From a virus (taxonomy: Duplodnaviria; Caudoviricetes): a stretch of 36,468 nt of DNA. Both the position numbers and the translations under genes were made by a program. Under the pieces are notes generated by a model. It had not been told where the DNA came from and ran no database searches. It saw nothing but the letters and a program-made list of their open reading frames with translations. Where the stretch lies: positions 1 to 36,468 of the IMG/VR virus record IMGVR_UViG_3300042431_000999; one strand, written 5' to 3'. Below are positions 9,387-18,434 of the stretch, piece after piece; the stretch's first letter is position 1, and each line of letters begins with the position of its first letter.

Positions 9387-10055
9387 ATGGCATACGCCAC
9401 CCCGGAAGAACTGCTGATCCGCTACGATGCCCGCCGCGTTGCCGACCTTGTGTCGGACACTGGGACGAGGACTACGGATCCGGCCAGCAGTCCGGTGGTG
9501 GCGGCGTGCCTTGAGGACGCTTCCGGTATGGTCGAGTCCGCCTGCCGCGTGGCTGGCAGGTACACGATCAACCAATTGGTCAACCTCCAGGGTCACACCA
9601 GGTTCCTGCTCACCAGGCTGGTGTGCGACCTCACCTATGGCTTGCTTGTCGCCCGCCGGGGTTATTCGGCAAATGACATGAACACGATGGCCCCTCAGTA
9701 CAAGGGCGCCCTCGACATGCTTGAGCAGATCAAGCAGGGTGACCGGATATTCGACTATCCGGGGACCGACACGCACAATCCTGACGCGGGCTCCTCCTGT
9801 GGTTGCAGTTCCTGCACCAGTGAGATTGATTACGGCAGCGGCCCCCTGATTTACGGGCCATGCGAGGCCAATGGCGCGAGTTGCTCCGGGTGCGCTAGTT
9901 GCGCCGGACGATCCGGACCTTCTGAACCTGTCTACACCGCGGCTGAGGCGGGTTACAAAGTTATCGGCATGAAGACCTACACCCAAGGGGTTCACACGGG
10001 GCTGGATCTGGTCGGCAGATCCCGCAGGCTTTGGGGCCAACGGAACATGACCTAA
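9387..10055 (+). CDS. Head-tail connector, Mu gp36/DUF1320-like, with Cys-rich insertion
   Basis: MAYATPEEL..RY...LEDASGMVES....RY...L...CDL..Y.L...YKGALDMLEQIKQG pattern. Confidence 0.75.
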   Translation: MAYATPEELLIRYDARRVADLVSDTGTRTTDPASSPVVAACLEDASGMVESACRVAGRYTINQLVNLQGHTRFLLTRLVCDLTYGLLVARRGYSANDMNTMAPQYKGALDMLEQIKQGDRIFDYPGTDTHNPDAGSSCGCSSCTSEIDYGSGPLIYGPCEANGASCSGCASCAGRSGPSEPVYTAAEAGYKVIGMKTYTQGVHTGLDLVGRSRRLWGQRNMT

Positions 10056-10064
10056 GGAGGGTCG

Positions 10065-10601
10065 ATGGGATTACTCGACCTTCTGCGCCAGGTCACCCAA
10101 CGGGTTTACCTGCCAAGCGTGGCCAAGGAACATGTTGTCGCCCCCTACGAAAAGGCGGAGGCGACCGCTTCGTACTCCCACACCTCGGGGTACATCGTTC
10201 TTCCTGTCGCCTACATGGAATCTGGTTCCTCCGGGAGCGGTTCTGGGGCGAAGGAGACCTCGGTAGCCATCCGTCTGCATCAGCCCATCACAGTCAAGTC
10301 TGTCAAGCACACAGGCAGTCGGCACGGCCTGTTGCCTGAGGTATTCGAGCCAAAACCTGGCCAGTATGTCCGTGATGACAAGTCGGTGGTCCTTGACGTT
10401 GCCCGGTCCATCTCGGCACCGGAGTTCGGTGCTGGTGAGCATCATGGCGCGGCCTTCGCGGTTGCGGGTAGCACCACCATCGTCTTGGGTGGTGACCTGC
10501 CCCCGGCCATGCTGACCGACCCGATTCCCAAAAACCTTTATGACGGGACCGTCACACCCGTGCCCGTGACTATGGCGGATTACACTCGGAGGGATGTCTG
10601 A
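10065..10601 (+). CDS. Hypothetical virion morphogenesis protein
   Basis: TAAGGAGG RBS; stop/start overlap with the next gene in the structural operon. Confidence 0.65.
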   Translation: MGLLDLLRQVTQRVYLPSVAKEHVVAPYEKAEATASYSHTSGYIVLPVAYMESGSSGSGSGAKETSVAIRLHQPITVKSVKHTGSRHGLLPEVFEPKPGQYVRDDKSVVLDVARSISAPEFGAGEHHGAAFAVAGSTTIVLGGDLPPAMLTDPIPKNLYDGTVTPVPVTMADYTRRDV

Positions 10602-11326
10602 TGGCTATTCTCGGTGCAAACAATCGATTCTGGCACACAGGGCCCGCGGTGGTCTATGCGGTCATGGGTCGCACTCCCGCCGAACTGGTGAACTACGCCC
10701 TAACCCCGGCCAACTGGATGGCCAACGCCTTTATCCTTGGCACCTGCGAGAGGTATCCGCAGATTCAGGTGCAGCAGATCCGCGAGGAGGTTCGCAACGA
10801 CCTGGGTGGTGATTCGGTGATCGCCAAGCCGTTCCACGGTGAGAAGGCGGTCGTCCAGTGCGAACTCAACCGGTGGCACGAGGTGAATCTGGACAACCTT
10901 CGGGCCAACTTCTGCGGGCAACGCATCGGCAGGACCGGCCTCCACGAGGTCGTCGGTATTGGCACGATGGTGGACATCCCCGGCAACTCTTGCGGGATCT
11001 TGATCTATTACCCGGACAGTCTGCGCCGCCCACATGAGGGCATGTTCCTGCCGATGGCGACCCTCGATGACTGGGCTCCCGTCAAGATCGGCAACCGCAC
11101 CGCCGCGGTCTCCATCCGCATGGAAAGCAACACCGGGTTCGCCATCGTCAACGGCAACACCTGGGTATCGTTTGATTATGTGACCTACCCCAACGGAACC
11201 GGTGGGCTGGACAACCTGTTGGTCACACGCTCTGAGGCCGAATTCAAGTCTGACATAACACCCCCGGAGAAGATCGATGTGGTTGAGAGTAGCCCAGACG
11301 CTCCTGAAGTTGCTGCCAAAATCTGA
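10601..11326 (+). CDS. Putative major tail tube protein
   Basis: Position, size and beta-rich pattern (GPAVVY...LGTCE..PQIQ...D.GG....F.GE.A.V..EL). Function inferred, not motif-proven. Confidence 0.5.
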   Translation: MAILGANNRFWHTGPAVVYAVMGRTPAELVNYALTPANWMANAFILGTCERYPQIQVQQIREEVRNDLGGDSVIAKPFHGEKAVVQCELNRWHEVNLDNLRANFCGQRIGRTGLHEVVGIGTMVDIPGNSCGILIYYPDSLRRPHEGMFLPMATLDDWAPVKIGNRTAAVSIRMESNTGFAIVNGNTWVSFDYVTYPNGTGGLDNLLVTRSEAEFKSDITPPEKIDVVESSPDAPEVAAKI

Positions 11327-11510
11327 TGTGCCCGCAGGCGAAACCCCGGTGCAGCAGGACAATGAGGCCCTGCGTCGCGGAATCGCCCAGGCGTTGGAGG
11401 AAGGCAAGCGGGACCAGCCGACCCAGCCGGAAAGTCCCCAGGCCGAAACGGTTCCCGCCAAAGCGCCCGAGACCCCCACGACCATCGAAGGTGACGAGGA
11501 TGCTGAGTAA
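11320..11510 (+). other. Probable +1-frame C-terminal extension of the tail tube gene
   Basis: GCC AAA ATC TGA continues in the +1 frame as KSDVPAGETPVQQDNEALRR...EDAE, with the same acidic Pro-rich composition as the tube C-terminus. Confidence 0.45.
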
Positions 11511-11796
11511 CGGGTCCTTCGGTCCGTATTTCGACGGTGAAACGATCCGGTGGGCTGATGCACTGTCGGCTTGGAGGTTCCTGGAGGCCGCGGTTGGCTC
11601 CCCTGAGCAGACCTTGGTGGTCATCCAGACCGGCAAACCCGCCGAGGCCCTCAAGGCCGAGCGGGAACTGATCAAGGCGGGGCGTGAGGCCCTGTCACTA
11701 CGCACCTTCGACCCGTTCACGGGTGTGGGGGTGACTGACTTGGTGGCCAAGCGATTGGTTACACAACTGATTGAATCAAGCGGGAGGCGCGGTTGA
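11500..11796 (+). CDS. Small hypothetical protein, tail assembly chaperone position
   Basis: MLSNGSFGPYFDG... 98 aa; overlaps both neighbours. Confidence 0.55.
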   Translation: MLSNGSFGPYFDGETIRWADALSAWRFLEAAVGSPEQTLVVIQTGKPAEALKAERELIKAGREALSLRTFDPFTGVGVTDLVAKRLVTQLIESSGRRG

Positions 11797-12485
11797 AACG
11801 GAACCCATTCGAGGAACCACAACCGCACCCCGAGTTCACGGTGACCACCGTCGAACCTCTGGAACCGATCCGTCACGAATATGACCGACCAGAACCCCTG
11901 GAGAGGGCCGCGGTGGAGTTTGGTGACCCAGTCACCCCGGAACGCCCGTCCTTGGAGTTCGGTGACCCAGCCACCCCGGAACGCCCGTCCTTGGAGTTCG
12001 GCCAGCCCTCTCAACTGACCACACCTGAGCCGTATGCCACCGGCGAGGCCCCAGAATTGACCCAGGTTGAGCCTGCCCCGTCCAAGGATGCAACGAGCGA
12101 CCTGGAACCCTTGGCCCGTCCTGAGGTGAAAATCAGCCCTCCGGATGCCGTTGAACCGGTCAAGGTTGAAACCAGCACCCCAGAACTTTTGCAACCGGTC
12201 CAAGTGGAGACCAGCACCCCGGAACCTTTGCAGCCGGTGCAGGTGCGTACCAGCGTGCCCGAACCTGTGGCTCCCCTGCCTGGGGGTTACAAGATGCCTG
12301 AACCGGTGCCACCCCTGTCGGGGGATTACAAGATGCCGGATCCCCTGCCCTACCTCAAGCCAATCGAATTCGGTCAGGACCAAGTGGATGTTGAGGCGCT
12401 TCTTGCGGATCTCAAGCCCCGCAAAGAGGTCCGGTTCCTGAGGATGAGCGGCACGGTCACCACCCTCTCTGAGGAGGGTTACTGA
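11793..12485 (+). CDS. Pro/Glu-rich repeat protein
   Basis: TTG start with GGGAGG RBS and TTGA overlap; internal peptide repeats. Confidence 0.65.
   Translation: MKRNPFEEPQPHPEFTVTTVEPLEPIRHEYDRPEPLERAAVEFGDPVTPERPSLEFGDPATPERPSLEFGQPSQLTTPEPYATGEAPELTQVEPAPSKDATSDLEPLARPEVKISPPDAVEPVKVETSTPELLQPVQVETSTPEPLQPVQVRTSVPEPVAPLPGGYKMPEPVPPLSGDYKMPDPLPYLKPIEFGQDQVDVEALLADLKPRKEVRFLRMSGTVTTLSEEGY
11913..12350 (+). repeat. Three families of in-frame tandem repeats (39, 42 and 45 bp units)
   Basis: EFGDP(V/A)TPERPSL x2+, VETSTPE(L/P)LQPVQ x2+, PEPV(A/P)PL(P/S)G(G/D)YKM x2+. Confidence 0.8.
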
Positions 12486-14284
12486 TGCTGCGTGGCTACA
12501 GCTTCGTCATGTACAACGATGTGGTGCTGGAGATCACCAAGCTGGTGTCCTTCAAGCGTCAGGCAGTCATGGACAAGGCTGGCCTGAACTACATGTACAC
12601 CCGCTGCACCCTGGTGGTGCGCGGCATCCTGAGCCAGGCCACCTCCGAGCATTACCTGGGGCCGGGTCGGTATCGCCCGGACACGGGCAACCTCGAGCCG
12701 ACCGTTTACGATGCCAACGCCCAAGTCTTCCCCGGTGAACGCCTGCCACCCGCGCCTGATCGCCTGAACCCGATTGGTGGCCTTGAATCAGACAACGCCA
12801 TCCGCATGGCCCTGCTGGTCCCGCGCCGCCGCCTGTACTATGTCGTCGGTGGTGACTACCTCATTGATGCCCCGCATGGCAACACCCCATGCGATGTCAA
12901 CTTCGGGCCAATCCCGCTTTTTGCCCATGTCGAGAAGATTGCCGGGATGGGAACCACCAGCATCCTGTTCGGGATCCAGGTGGACCTGAACCAATGCCCG
13001 ATGTTCACGGGCATGGCGGATGCCCCCAAGGTGTTGTCCCACGAATACAGCCAGCAGGTCGAGGTGGACGAGAGGTTCCTGACCCGCCGGACCACCCGTG
13101 GCGAGATCAAGTGCCGAGCCGAGGACATCGCCCTCGCAACCACCTACCCGGACCGGTTTCGGGAGTATTTCTCGATAGCGGTCCCCGGGCACTACAAGCG
13201 GGATTCCATCCGGGTGGTGGCGCATCCTGACATGACCACGCTGGAATATGCGGTGGTCGATGTCGAGAAGGAACGCCCGATCGTCAACTACTACGACCCT
13301 GAGATTCAGTGGGAACTGAAGGACGCGGGTGGCAACGATATTGAGCGCATGGTCTCCCTGAAGGGTCCCTTGTCCAGGGTGGCCGCCCTCAAGGTAACCC
13401 ATACCGTGGGTGGCGGGCGTGAGTTCACCAATCTGGCCCAGCAGTCGTTTGGCGCGGTGCCGGTGAATCCGAGCAACTTCCTCCCTGACATCCTGTTCCC
13501 CGGGACATGGAAGGACATCCTCAACGCCAACAAGGCGAACCTTGACACGTGGATCCGGGATTGGCTTGACCGCAACAGGAACCGGGCGATTGGCACCGAG
13601 CGGGTGCTGATGAACCTGCGCTACGGCACCCCGGTGCTGGAGGAATCCATCAAGATTGAGGTGATGGGCAGTCCCACATCCACCAGATACGAGCTTGAAC
13701 TGATTGCCTGGTATGTCCTGATGGCCCGAATGCCTGTGGTGGCCAACAAGGTTGATGGTGCGTTCCGCGACCAGTTCTATGCGGGCGGAAGCATCTCGTT
13801 CAAGGTCACCCACGATGTCATGGGCAACTATGTCTCCATGGACTTCGGCTACAAGCGCGCCGCCCCTGAAGCTTTCGGCATCGGTGCAGCAATCACCGGC
13901 ATGGGTGACATGCGGTTCGGCCCGATGATCTCGGGTGAGCAGTCAATCGTCGGTCAGGAAGTGATTGAGGGCGTGACCCTGCACAGCTACAGCAAGAACC
14001 ATAACGCCAACGACCTTTACAACGTGCCAGCATCCCGGTTGCCCGAGAATGAATACAACCCGTGGGGGCGCAAGGGCGAGTTCATGCATGGCGCGGATTA
14101 CTCCCCTGTGGTGGTGGATTCCCTGCACGATGCCTGCGAGGCCCCGCACGAACACTCCGAGCAGTTGCCTGACCGCGAAGCCAACCTTGACTCCACCGGT
14201 GATCCAATGCCTCGACAGGCCTCGACCGATCCGGTGATGAACCTTCGCCCCGTCACCCCGCAGAAGTCGGAAGGTGATGCCTGA
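12485..14284 (+). CDS. Putative tail/baseplate protein
   Basis: 599-aa beta-rich ORF, GAGGAGG RBS, translationally coupled within the tail operon. Confidence 0.6.
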   Translation: MLRGYSFVMYNDVVLEITKLVSFKRQAVMDKAGLNYMYTRCTLVVRGILSQATSEHYLGPGRYRPDTGNLEPTVYDANAQVFPGERLPPAPDRLNPIGGLESDNAIRMALLVPRRRLYYVVGGDYLIDAPHGNTPCDVNFGPIPLFAHVEKIAGMGTTSILFGIQVDLNQCPMFTGMADAPKVLSHEYSQQVEVDERFLTRRTTRGEIKCRAEDIALATTYPDRFREYFSIAVPGHYKRDSIRVVAHPDMTTLEYAVVDVEKERPIVNYYDPEIQWELKDAGGNDIERMVSLKGPLSRVAALKVTHTVGGGREFTNLAQQSFGAVPVNPSNFLPDILFPGTWKDILNANKANLDTWIRDWLDRNRNRAIGTERVLMNLRYGTPVLEESIKIEVMGSPTSTRYELELIAWYVLMARMPVVANKVDGAFRDQFYAGGSISFKVTHDVMGNYVSMDFGYKRAAPEAFGIGAAITGMGDMRFGPMISGEQSIVGQEVIEGVTLHSYSKNHNANDLYNVPASRLPENEYNPWGRKGEFMHGADYSPVVVDSLHDACEAPHEHSEQLPDREANLDSTGDPMPRQASTDPVMNLRPVTPQKSEGDA

Positions 14285-14775
14285 TGTTCCAGCGCACGCC
14301 ATTCGCCGACATCATCCGGGAAGTCATCGCCCAACTGGAGTTGTACGCTCTAAAAAGCACCTGGGTGGGCATTCAGGAAAAGATCCCGATGATGCTGGGT
14401 GATTACCTCATCGCCATCCAGCCCGGTTCCCCCGTGGCCGACGAGGGTACTGCCACCGGCACGGGCCCGACCGGCACCATCATTCGCAGGACCATCACGC
14501 TGACGATCAAGTCCCGTTCATACGAGGACGAGGGGGAGCGTGCCTTCCAGGCGCTGATGGAGCATCTGACCGTGGAGGAGTTGGCCCTGACCGCCATACA
14601 GGCGTACATGTCAGACCTCCTCACCGAACCGATGTGCCTGACGGAGGGTGGCCAGTCCGTCCGACAGGAGACTGGGGTGATTACATCGTCCCTCCCGTTC
14701 CGTTGTGTTTATCCCGCTCTACTACTGGTGCCGCAAATGGAGGGTCCAGACAGTGTCCACGTGCCCAACGCCTAA
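14284..14775 (+). CDS. Hypothetical tail-completion-like protein
   Basis: 163 aa; size and alpha/beta alternation resemble tail terminators; coupled start. Confidence 0.5.
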   Translation: MFQRTPFADIIREVIAQLELYALKSTWVGIQEKIPMMLGDYLIAIQPGSPVADEGTATGTGPTGTIIRRTITLTIKSRSYEDEGERAFQALMEHLTVEELALTAIQAYMSDLLTEPMCLTEGGQSVRQETGVITSSLPFRCVYPALLLVPQMEGPDSVHVPNA

Positions 14776-15712
14776 GTTAATTACCGACCTTGACCCGAGG
14801 TATCCGATCACTAGCGACTATGTCGCCACGGCATCGGCCGCCAATTCTGGACCTGCTGGCAAGTCCACAGTCCAGCAAATCCTGGACTTGGCAAGCCAAG
14901 CCACCGCGATCATCTCGACGGTCACGCCTCCCCGCCCGAATGGTCCCGGCGTGATCTGGATCAACCCGATAGATAATTCGGTGTACTACTGGGACGGCAA
15001 TGCCTGGATCCCGTTGGAGAACGCCGGTGGTGGTGGTGGCAACAAGGTCACCGTCTCCCCGAACGCGCCCAGCAACAATATCCTGGGCGACATCTGGGTG
15101 ACACCTGAGGGTGTGATCAGCGTCTGGGACGGTAGCCAATGGATCACCTCCAGCGTCAGTGAGAACGACCCGTACTCCCCGAAGGTGGCCAGCGCGGCCC
15201 CCACGGACCCGGGCAAGACCGGCGTGATCTGGATCAACTCCACCGATGACTCAATGTCCTACTGGGACGGCGCAGCATGGTTGCCCCTGACCGCAGGTGG
15301 AAGCGGCCCCGGCGCGGTGATCTCCCCGACCGCCCCGCAAAACCCTGAATCCGGCACCATCTGGACAACACCTGAAGGGGTGACGCAGATCTGGAACGGA
15401 TCTGAGTGGGTCTCGCCGTCCATCGATGTGCTGGCTGAAATACGCGGGCAGACCATTGAACCTTCTGTGGTGCAGCTTGGCCAGACTGGTCGGTTGGTTT
15501 TTGACGGTTCATACATCGTCGACAGCGCGGCCGGTCCCGCCATCCAGCAGGGTGCCGAGGCCAACCGCATCCTGACTTCCAAGGACCTTCCGACCATCTA
15601 TGTCCAATTGGACCCTCCCACCAGCCCCAAGCCTGGTGACTACTGGGAGAAGACCTCGACCACGGCGACGGTGTATCAAGACGGCGCGTGGAAGACCGTT
15701 GCGATTTCGTAA
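14753..15712 (+). CDS. Tail fibre/adaptor protein with P..G.IW....WDG..W repeats
   Basis: Five copies of the G.IW...WDG..W motif; GTG start with GGAGGG RBS. Confidence 0.7.
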   Translation: MSTCPTPKLITDLDPRYPITSDYVATASAANSGPAGKSTVQQILDLASQATAIISTVTPPRPNGPGVIWINPIDNSVYYWDGNAWIPLENAGGGGGNKVTVSPNAPSNNILGDIWVTPEGVISVWDGSQWITSSVSENDPYSPKVASAAPTDPGKTGVIWINSTDDSMSYWDGAAWLPLTAGGSGPGAVISPTAPQNPESGTIWTTPEGVTQIWNGSEWVSPSIDVLAEIRGQTIEPSVVQLGQTGRLVFDGSYIVDSAAGPAIQQGAEANRILTSKDLPTIYVQLDPPTSPKPGDYWEKTSTTATVYQDGAWKTVAIS

Positions 15713-15727
15713 CCGGGCTAATGCCCA

Positions 15728-16399
15728 ATGGAGACTCAGGCTATGGACGAGAGTGTGTATTTCTATGACGGCACCAAGTGGGTGGACCTCAAGGGTCCTG
15801 CTGGTGTCGCTGGTGCTGAAGGCCCTGCCGGTGCTGAAGGCCCAGCAGGCCCTGCCGGTGCAGAAGGCCCATCAGCCTATGATTCCGCCGTTGCTGGTGG
15901 TTTCACCGGCACCGAGGCTGAATGGCTTGCCACCCTGGTCGGCCCTGCCGGACCCGAAGGGCCTCAGGGTATCCAGGGCGTTGAGGGCCCGATGGGTACT
16001 CAGGGCATTGGCATCCGCTACATCGACACCGTGCAGAATGAGGCCGCTCTGCCCGCCACTTCCGCCCAAGGTGACCTGTATGTGGTCTCCGAACCGGCCC
16101 CGCCTCGAGGCTTTGTCTACGAAGAATCCACCTCCAGCTGGAGAGATGCCGGACCCGTGCAAGGTCCTCCGGGCGTTGCGGGACCACAAGGCATCCAGGG
16201 CGAAGCTGGCCCCGCTGGCGAAGCGGGTCCAACCGGCGCTGATGGCGCTCAGGGCATTCAGGGCGAGGTCGGTCCTGCTGGCCCTGAAGGTCCTCAGGGT
16301 ATCGCCGGAACCAGCATCAATGTCTATGGTCCTCAGCCGGATGCCCCCGCGGCTCCCCTGAAGGGCGACTTCTGGTTGAAGACTACTGTCGTACGGTAA
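15728..16399 (+). CDS. Collagen-like fibre protein
   Basis: Gly-X-Y runs (GPAGAEGPA, GPQGIQGE). Confidence 0.85.
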   Translation: METQAMDESVYFYDGTKWVDLKGPAGVAGAEGPAGAEGPAGPAGAEGPSAYDSAVAGGFTGTEAEWLATLVGPAGPEGPQGIQGVEGPMGTQGIGIRYIDTVQNEAALPATSAQGDLYVVSEPAPPRGFVYEESTSSWRDAGPVQGPPGVAGPQGIQGEAGPAGEAGPTGADGAQGIQGEVGPAGPEGPQGIAGTSINVYGPQPDAPAAPLKGDFWLKTTVVR

Positions 16400-16427
16400 T
16401 TGATCCAAGCGTGAAGGGAGACTGGTC

Positions 16428-17990
16428 ATGGCTGATGATCTGATGTACTGGAACGGTGCCACCTGGGTTAGTCTTCAGGGAGTTGCCGGTCCGCAGGGCG
16501 TTCCTGGCCCGAACAAGGTCTCCCTTGACGCTGGAAATACCGCACGATTGGGCTCGGACGGACTGGTGTTCGTCGCGGCCCCCGTGGTCAACCTGCCTGT
16601 CGCGTCTGCCACCATCCTGGGTGCTGTTAAAATCGGCTCCGGGATCACGGTGGCGGCGGACGGCACCATCTCCATCGCCTCTGGCGCGGGGTATCTGCCC
16701 CTCGCCGGGGGTACGATGACCGGCACAATCAATGTGGCCGGGTCCACTGGCCTGAAGTGGCCAACATCCGGGATTGGCACCCAAGACTCCGCCGGGACGG
16801 TGGCTTTCGCGGCGCAGGACGGCAGCATCCTGTTCGAGATTGGAACTGCGGCAGCGACCTCCCGCAAACCGTTGATTGTTCCCCTGCCCACCAGCAACAT
16901 CCATGCGGCCAACAAGCAGTATGTCGATGAATCAATCGCCGCCTTATCCGGAGCCAACTACCTGCCCTTGGCGGGTGGAACCATGACTGGCACGCTGTAC
17001 ACCAACGCTGGCACCGCGCAAGTCTTCGGTGCTGTAGCTGATGCAGCAACATCTCCGTATCTCTCAAAGAACGCCGGTGGCGACTTCATCATCGGCAACA
17101 ACGGCAGCACTGCTGTCCAGATTCGCAAAACGGATCGGGTGGCGACATTCCTCGCGGTGCCTCAATGCTCAAGCGCACCCATCAACACCGCAGACTTGGT
17201 CAACAAGGCCTATGTGGACAGCAAGGTCGGTGGCGGTTTCCTACCCCTGACGGGTGGCACACTGACTGGGCCCCTGCTGATTGATGTGCCCTCCGGGTTT
17301 GCCCTGAAGCTTGGCAGTTCAACCGACTTCTACGGACTATACAAGTCGCTTAATGGATCGCTGCGGGTTGAGAAGGGCGGCGTTATCCTGTTCGAGTTCG
17401 CTAGCGCGGGGCACACCTCGCTCAAGCCTATCACGCTGCCTGCCGATCCGACTGTGGACATGGAGGCCGCCACAAAGAAGTATGTGGATGCCAAGGTTGC
17501 CGCCGGGGGCGGTGCTGGTTCCTACCTGCCCTTGGCGGGCGGAACCATGACCGGCGGCATCACGCTGCCAACCACGGTTCAGTCGCTCACCTGGGGCGCC
17601 TCCACCTACAACATCTTCGGCGCCAATGGCGGCGTGGCGGTGCGCTACGGAAACGCCAACATCGTCACCTTCACGGCAACGGGCGCCACCTTCATCCAGA
17701 AGATCACCACCCCAGGCACCGGCCAGGGCGTGGAGTTCGGCTCGGGTGGCGGTTACTTGTCAAAGGTGGGAACCGGCATCGGCGCTTATTGCGGTGGGCA
17801 GCAGCGTCTGTTGATAGGGGCCGCAGAGCATACCTCATCAGTGCCAATTGTCCTGCCCGCTGCCCCGACCGCCCCGCTCCAAGCCGCTACCAAGCAATAT
17901 GTCGATGCCCGTGTGGTGGTCACCGCTGCGGGTGCCGCCGCCCCTGCTGTCACCGGACTGTCTGATGGAACCCTCTGGGTGGAGGCCTGA
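16428..17990 (+). CDS. Tail fibre protein
   Basis: Four (Y/F)LPL(A/T)GGT(M/L)TG and four KxYVD repeats; SATILGAVKIGSGITVAADGTIS motif. Confidence 0.85.
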   Translation: MADDLMYWNGATWVSLQGVAGPQGVPGPNKVSLDAGNTARLGSDGLVFVAAPVVNLPVASATILGAVKIGSGITVAADGTISIASGAGYLPLAGGTMTGTINVAGSTGLKWPTSGIGTQDSAGTVAFAAQDGSILFEIGTAAATSRKPLIVPLPTSNIHAANKQYVDESIAALSGANYLPLAGGTMTGTLYTNAGTAQVFGAVADAATSPYLSKNAGGDFIIGNNGSTAVQIRKTDRVATFLAVPQCSSAPINTADLVNKAYVDSKVGGGFLPLTGGTLTGPLLIDVPSGFALKLGSSTDFYGLYKSLNGSLRVEKGGVILFEFASAGHTSLKPITLPADPTVDMEAATKKYVDAKVAAGGGAGSYLPLAGGTMTGGITLPTTVQSLTWGASTYNIFGANGGVAVRYGNANIVTFTATGATFIQKITTPGTGQGVEFGSGGGYLSKVGTGIGAYCGGQQRLLIGAAEHTSSVPIVLPAAPTAPLQAATKQYVDARVVVTAAGAAAPAVTGLSDGTLWVEA

Positions 17991-17992
17991 TC

Positions 17993-18403
17993 ATGAAAGT
18001 CCTGAAGGGCGGTACGTGGGCTGATTCCACCCCAAAAGGTGTGATGGTTGGTGGCGCATGGAAGGTGCCCCAAGCTGTCCATGTTCTGAAGGGGGGCGTG
18101 TGGGTCAAGGTGTGGCCTAATGAAGCACCGCCGCCGTACCTCTACGACATCAAGATCGAGTACCTGCCGAATTACGAGGTGAGTTTCACCGTCCTCGATG
18201 GCTGGCCTGAGGGCGATCCGAATGAAGTGTACATGTTCCGATGCACTCAGATTCCGCGGAACGGGTATGTCACGCGGACCTTCAACAAGACATGGGCCGC
18301 CAATGGCTACGGTGCCGGTCTTGACTGCACGCTAGAGGACCTGTCCAGCATCCCTGGCAAGGAACTCAAGAAGATCTCGTTCAAGATCAACCCTAGGCCC
18401 TGA
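17993..18403 (+). CDS. Small fibre-associated protein
   Basis: Repeated K.GG.W N-terminal motifs typical of proteins following fibre genes; GGAGG RBS. Confidence 0.65.
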   Translation: MKVLKGGTWADSTPKGVMVGGAWKVPQAVHVLKGGVWVKVWPNEAPPPYLYDIKIEYLPNYEVSFTVLDGWPEGDPNEVYMFRCTQIPRNGYVTRTFNKTWAANGYGAGLDCTLEDLSSIPGKELKKISFKINPRP

Positions 18404-18434
18404 CTCAACATATTAAACACTCCTGAGGTTAACA

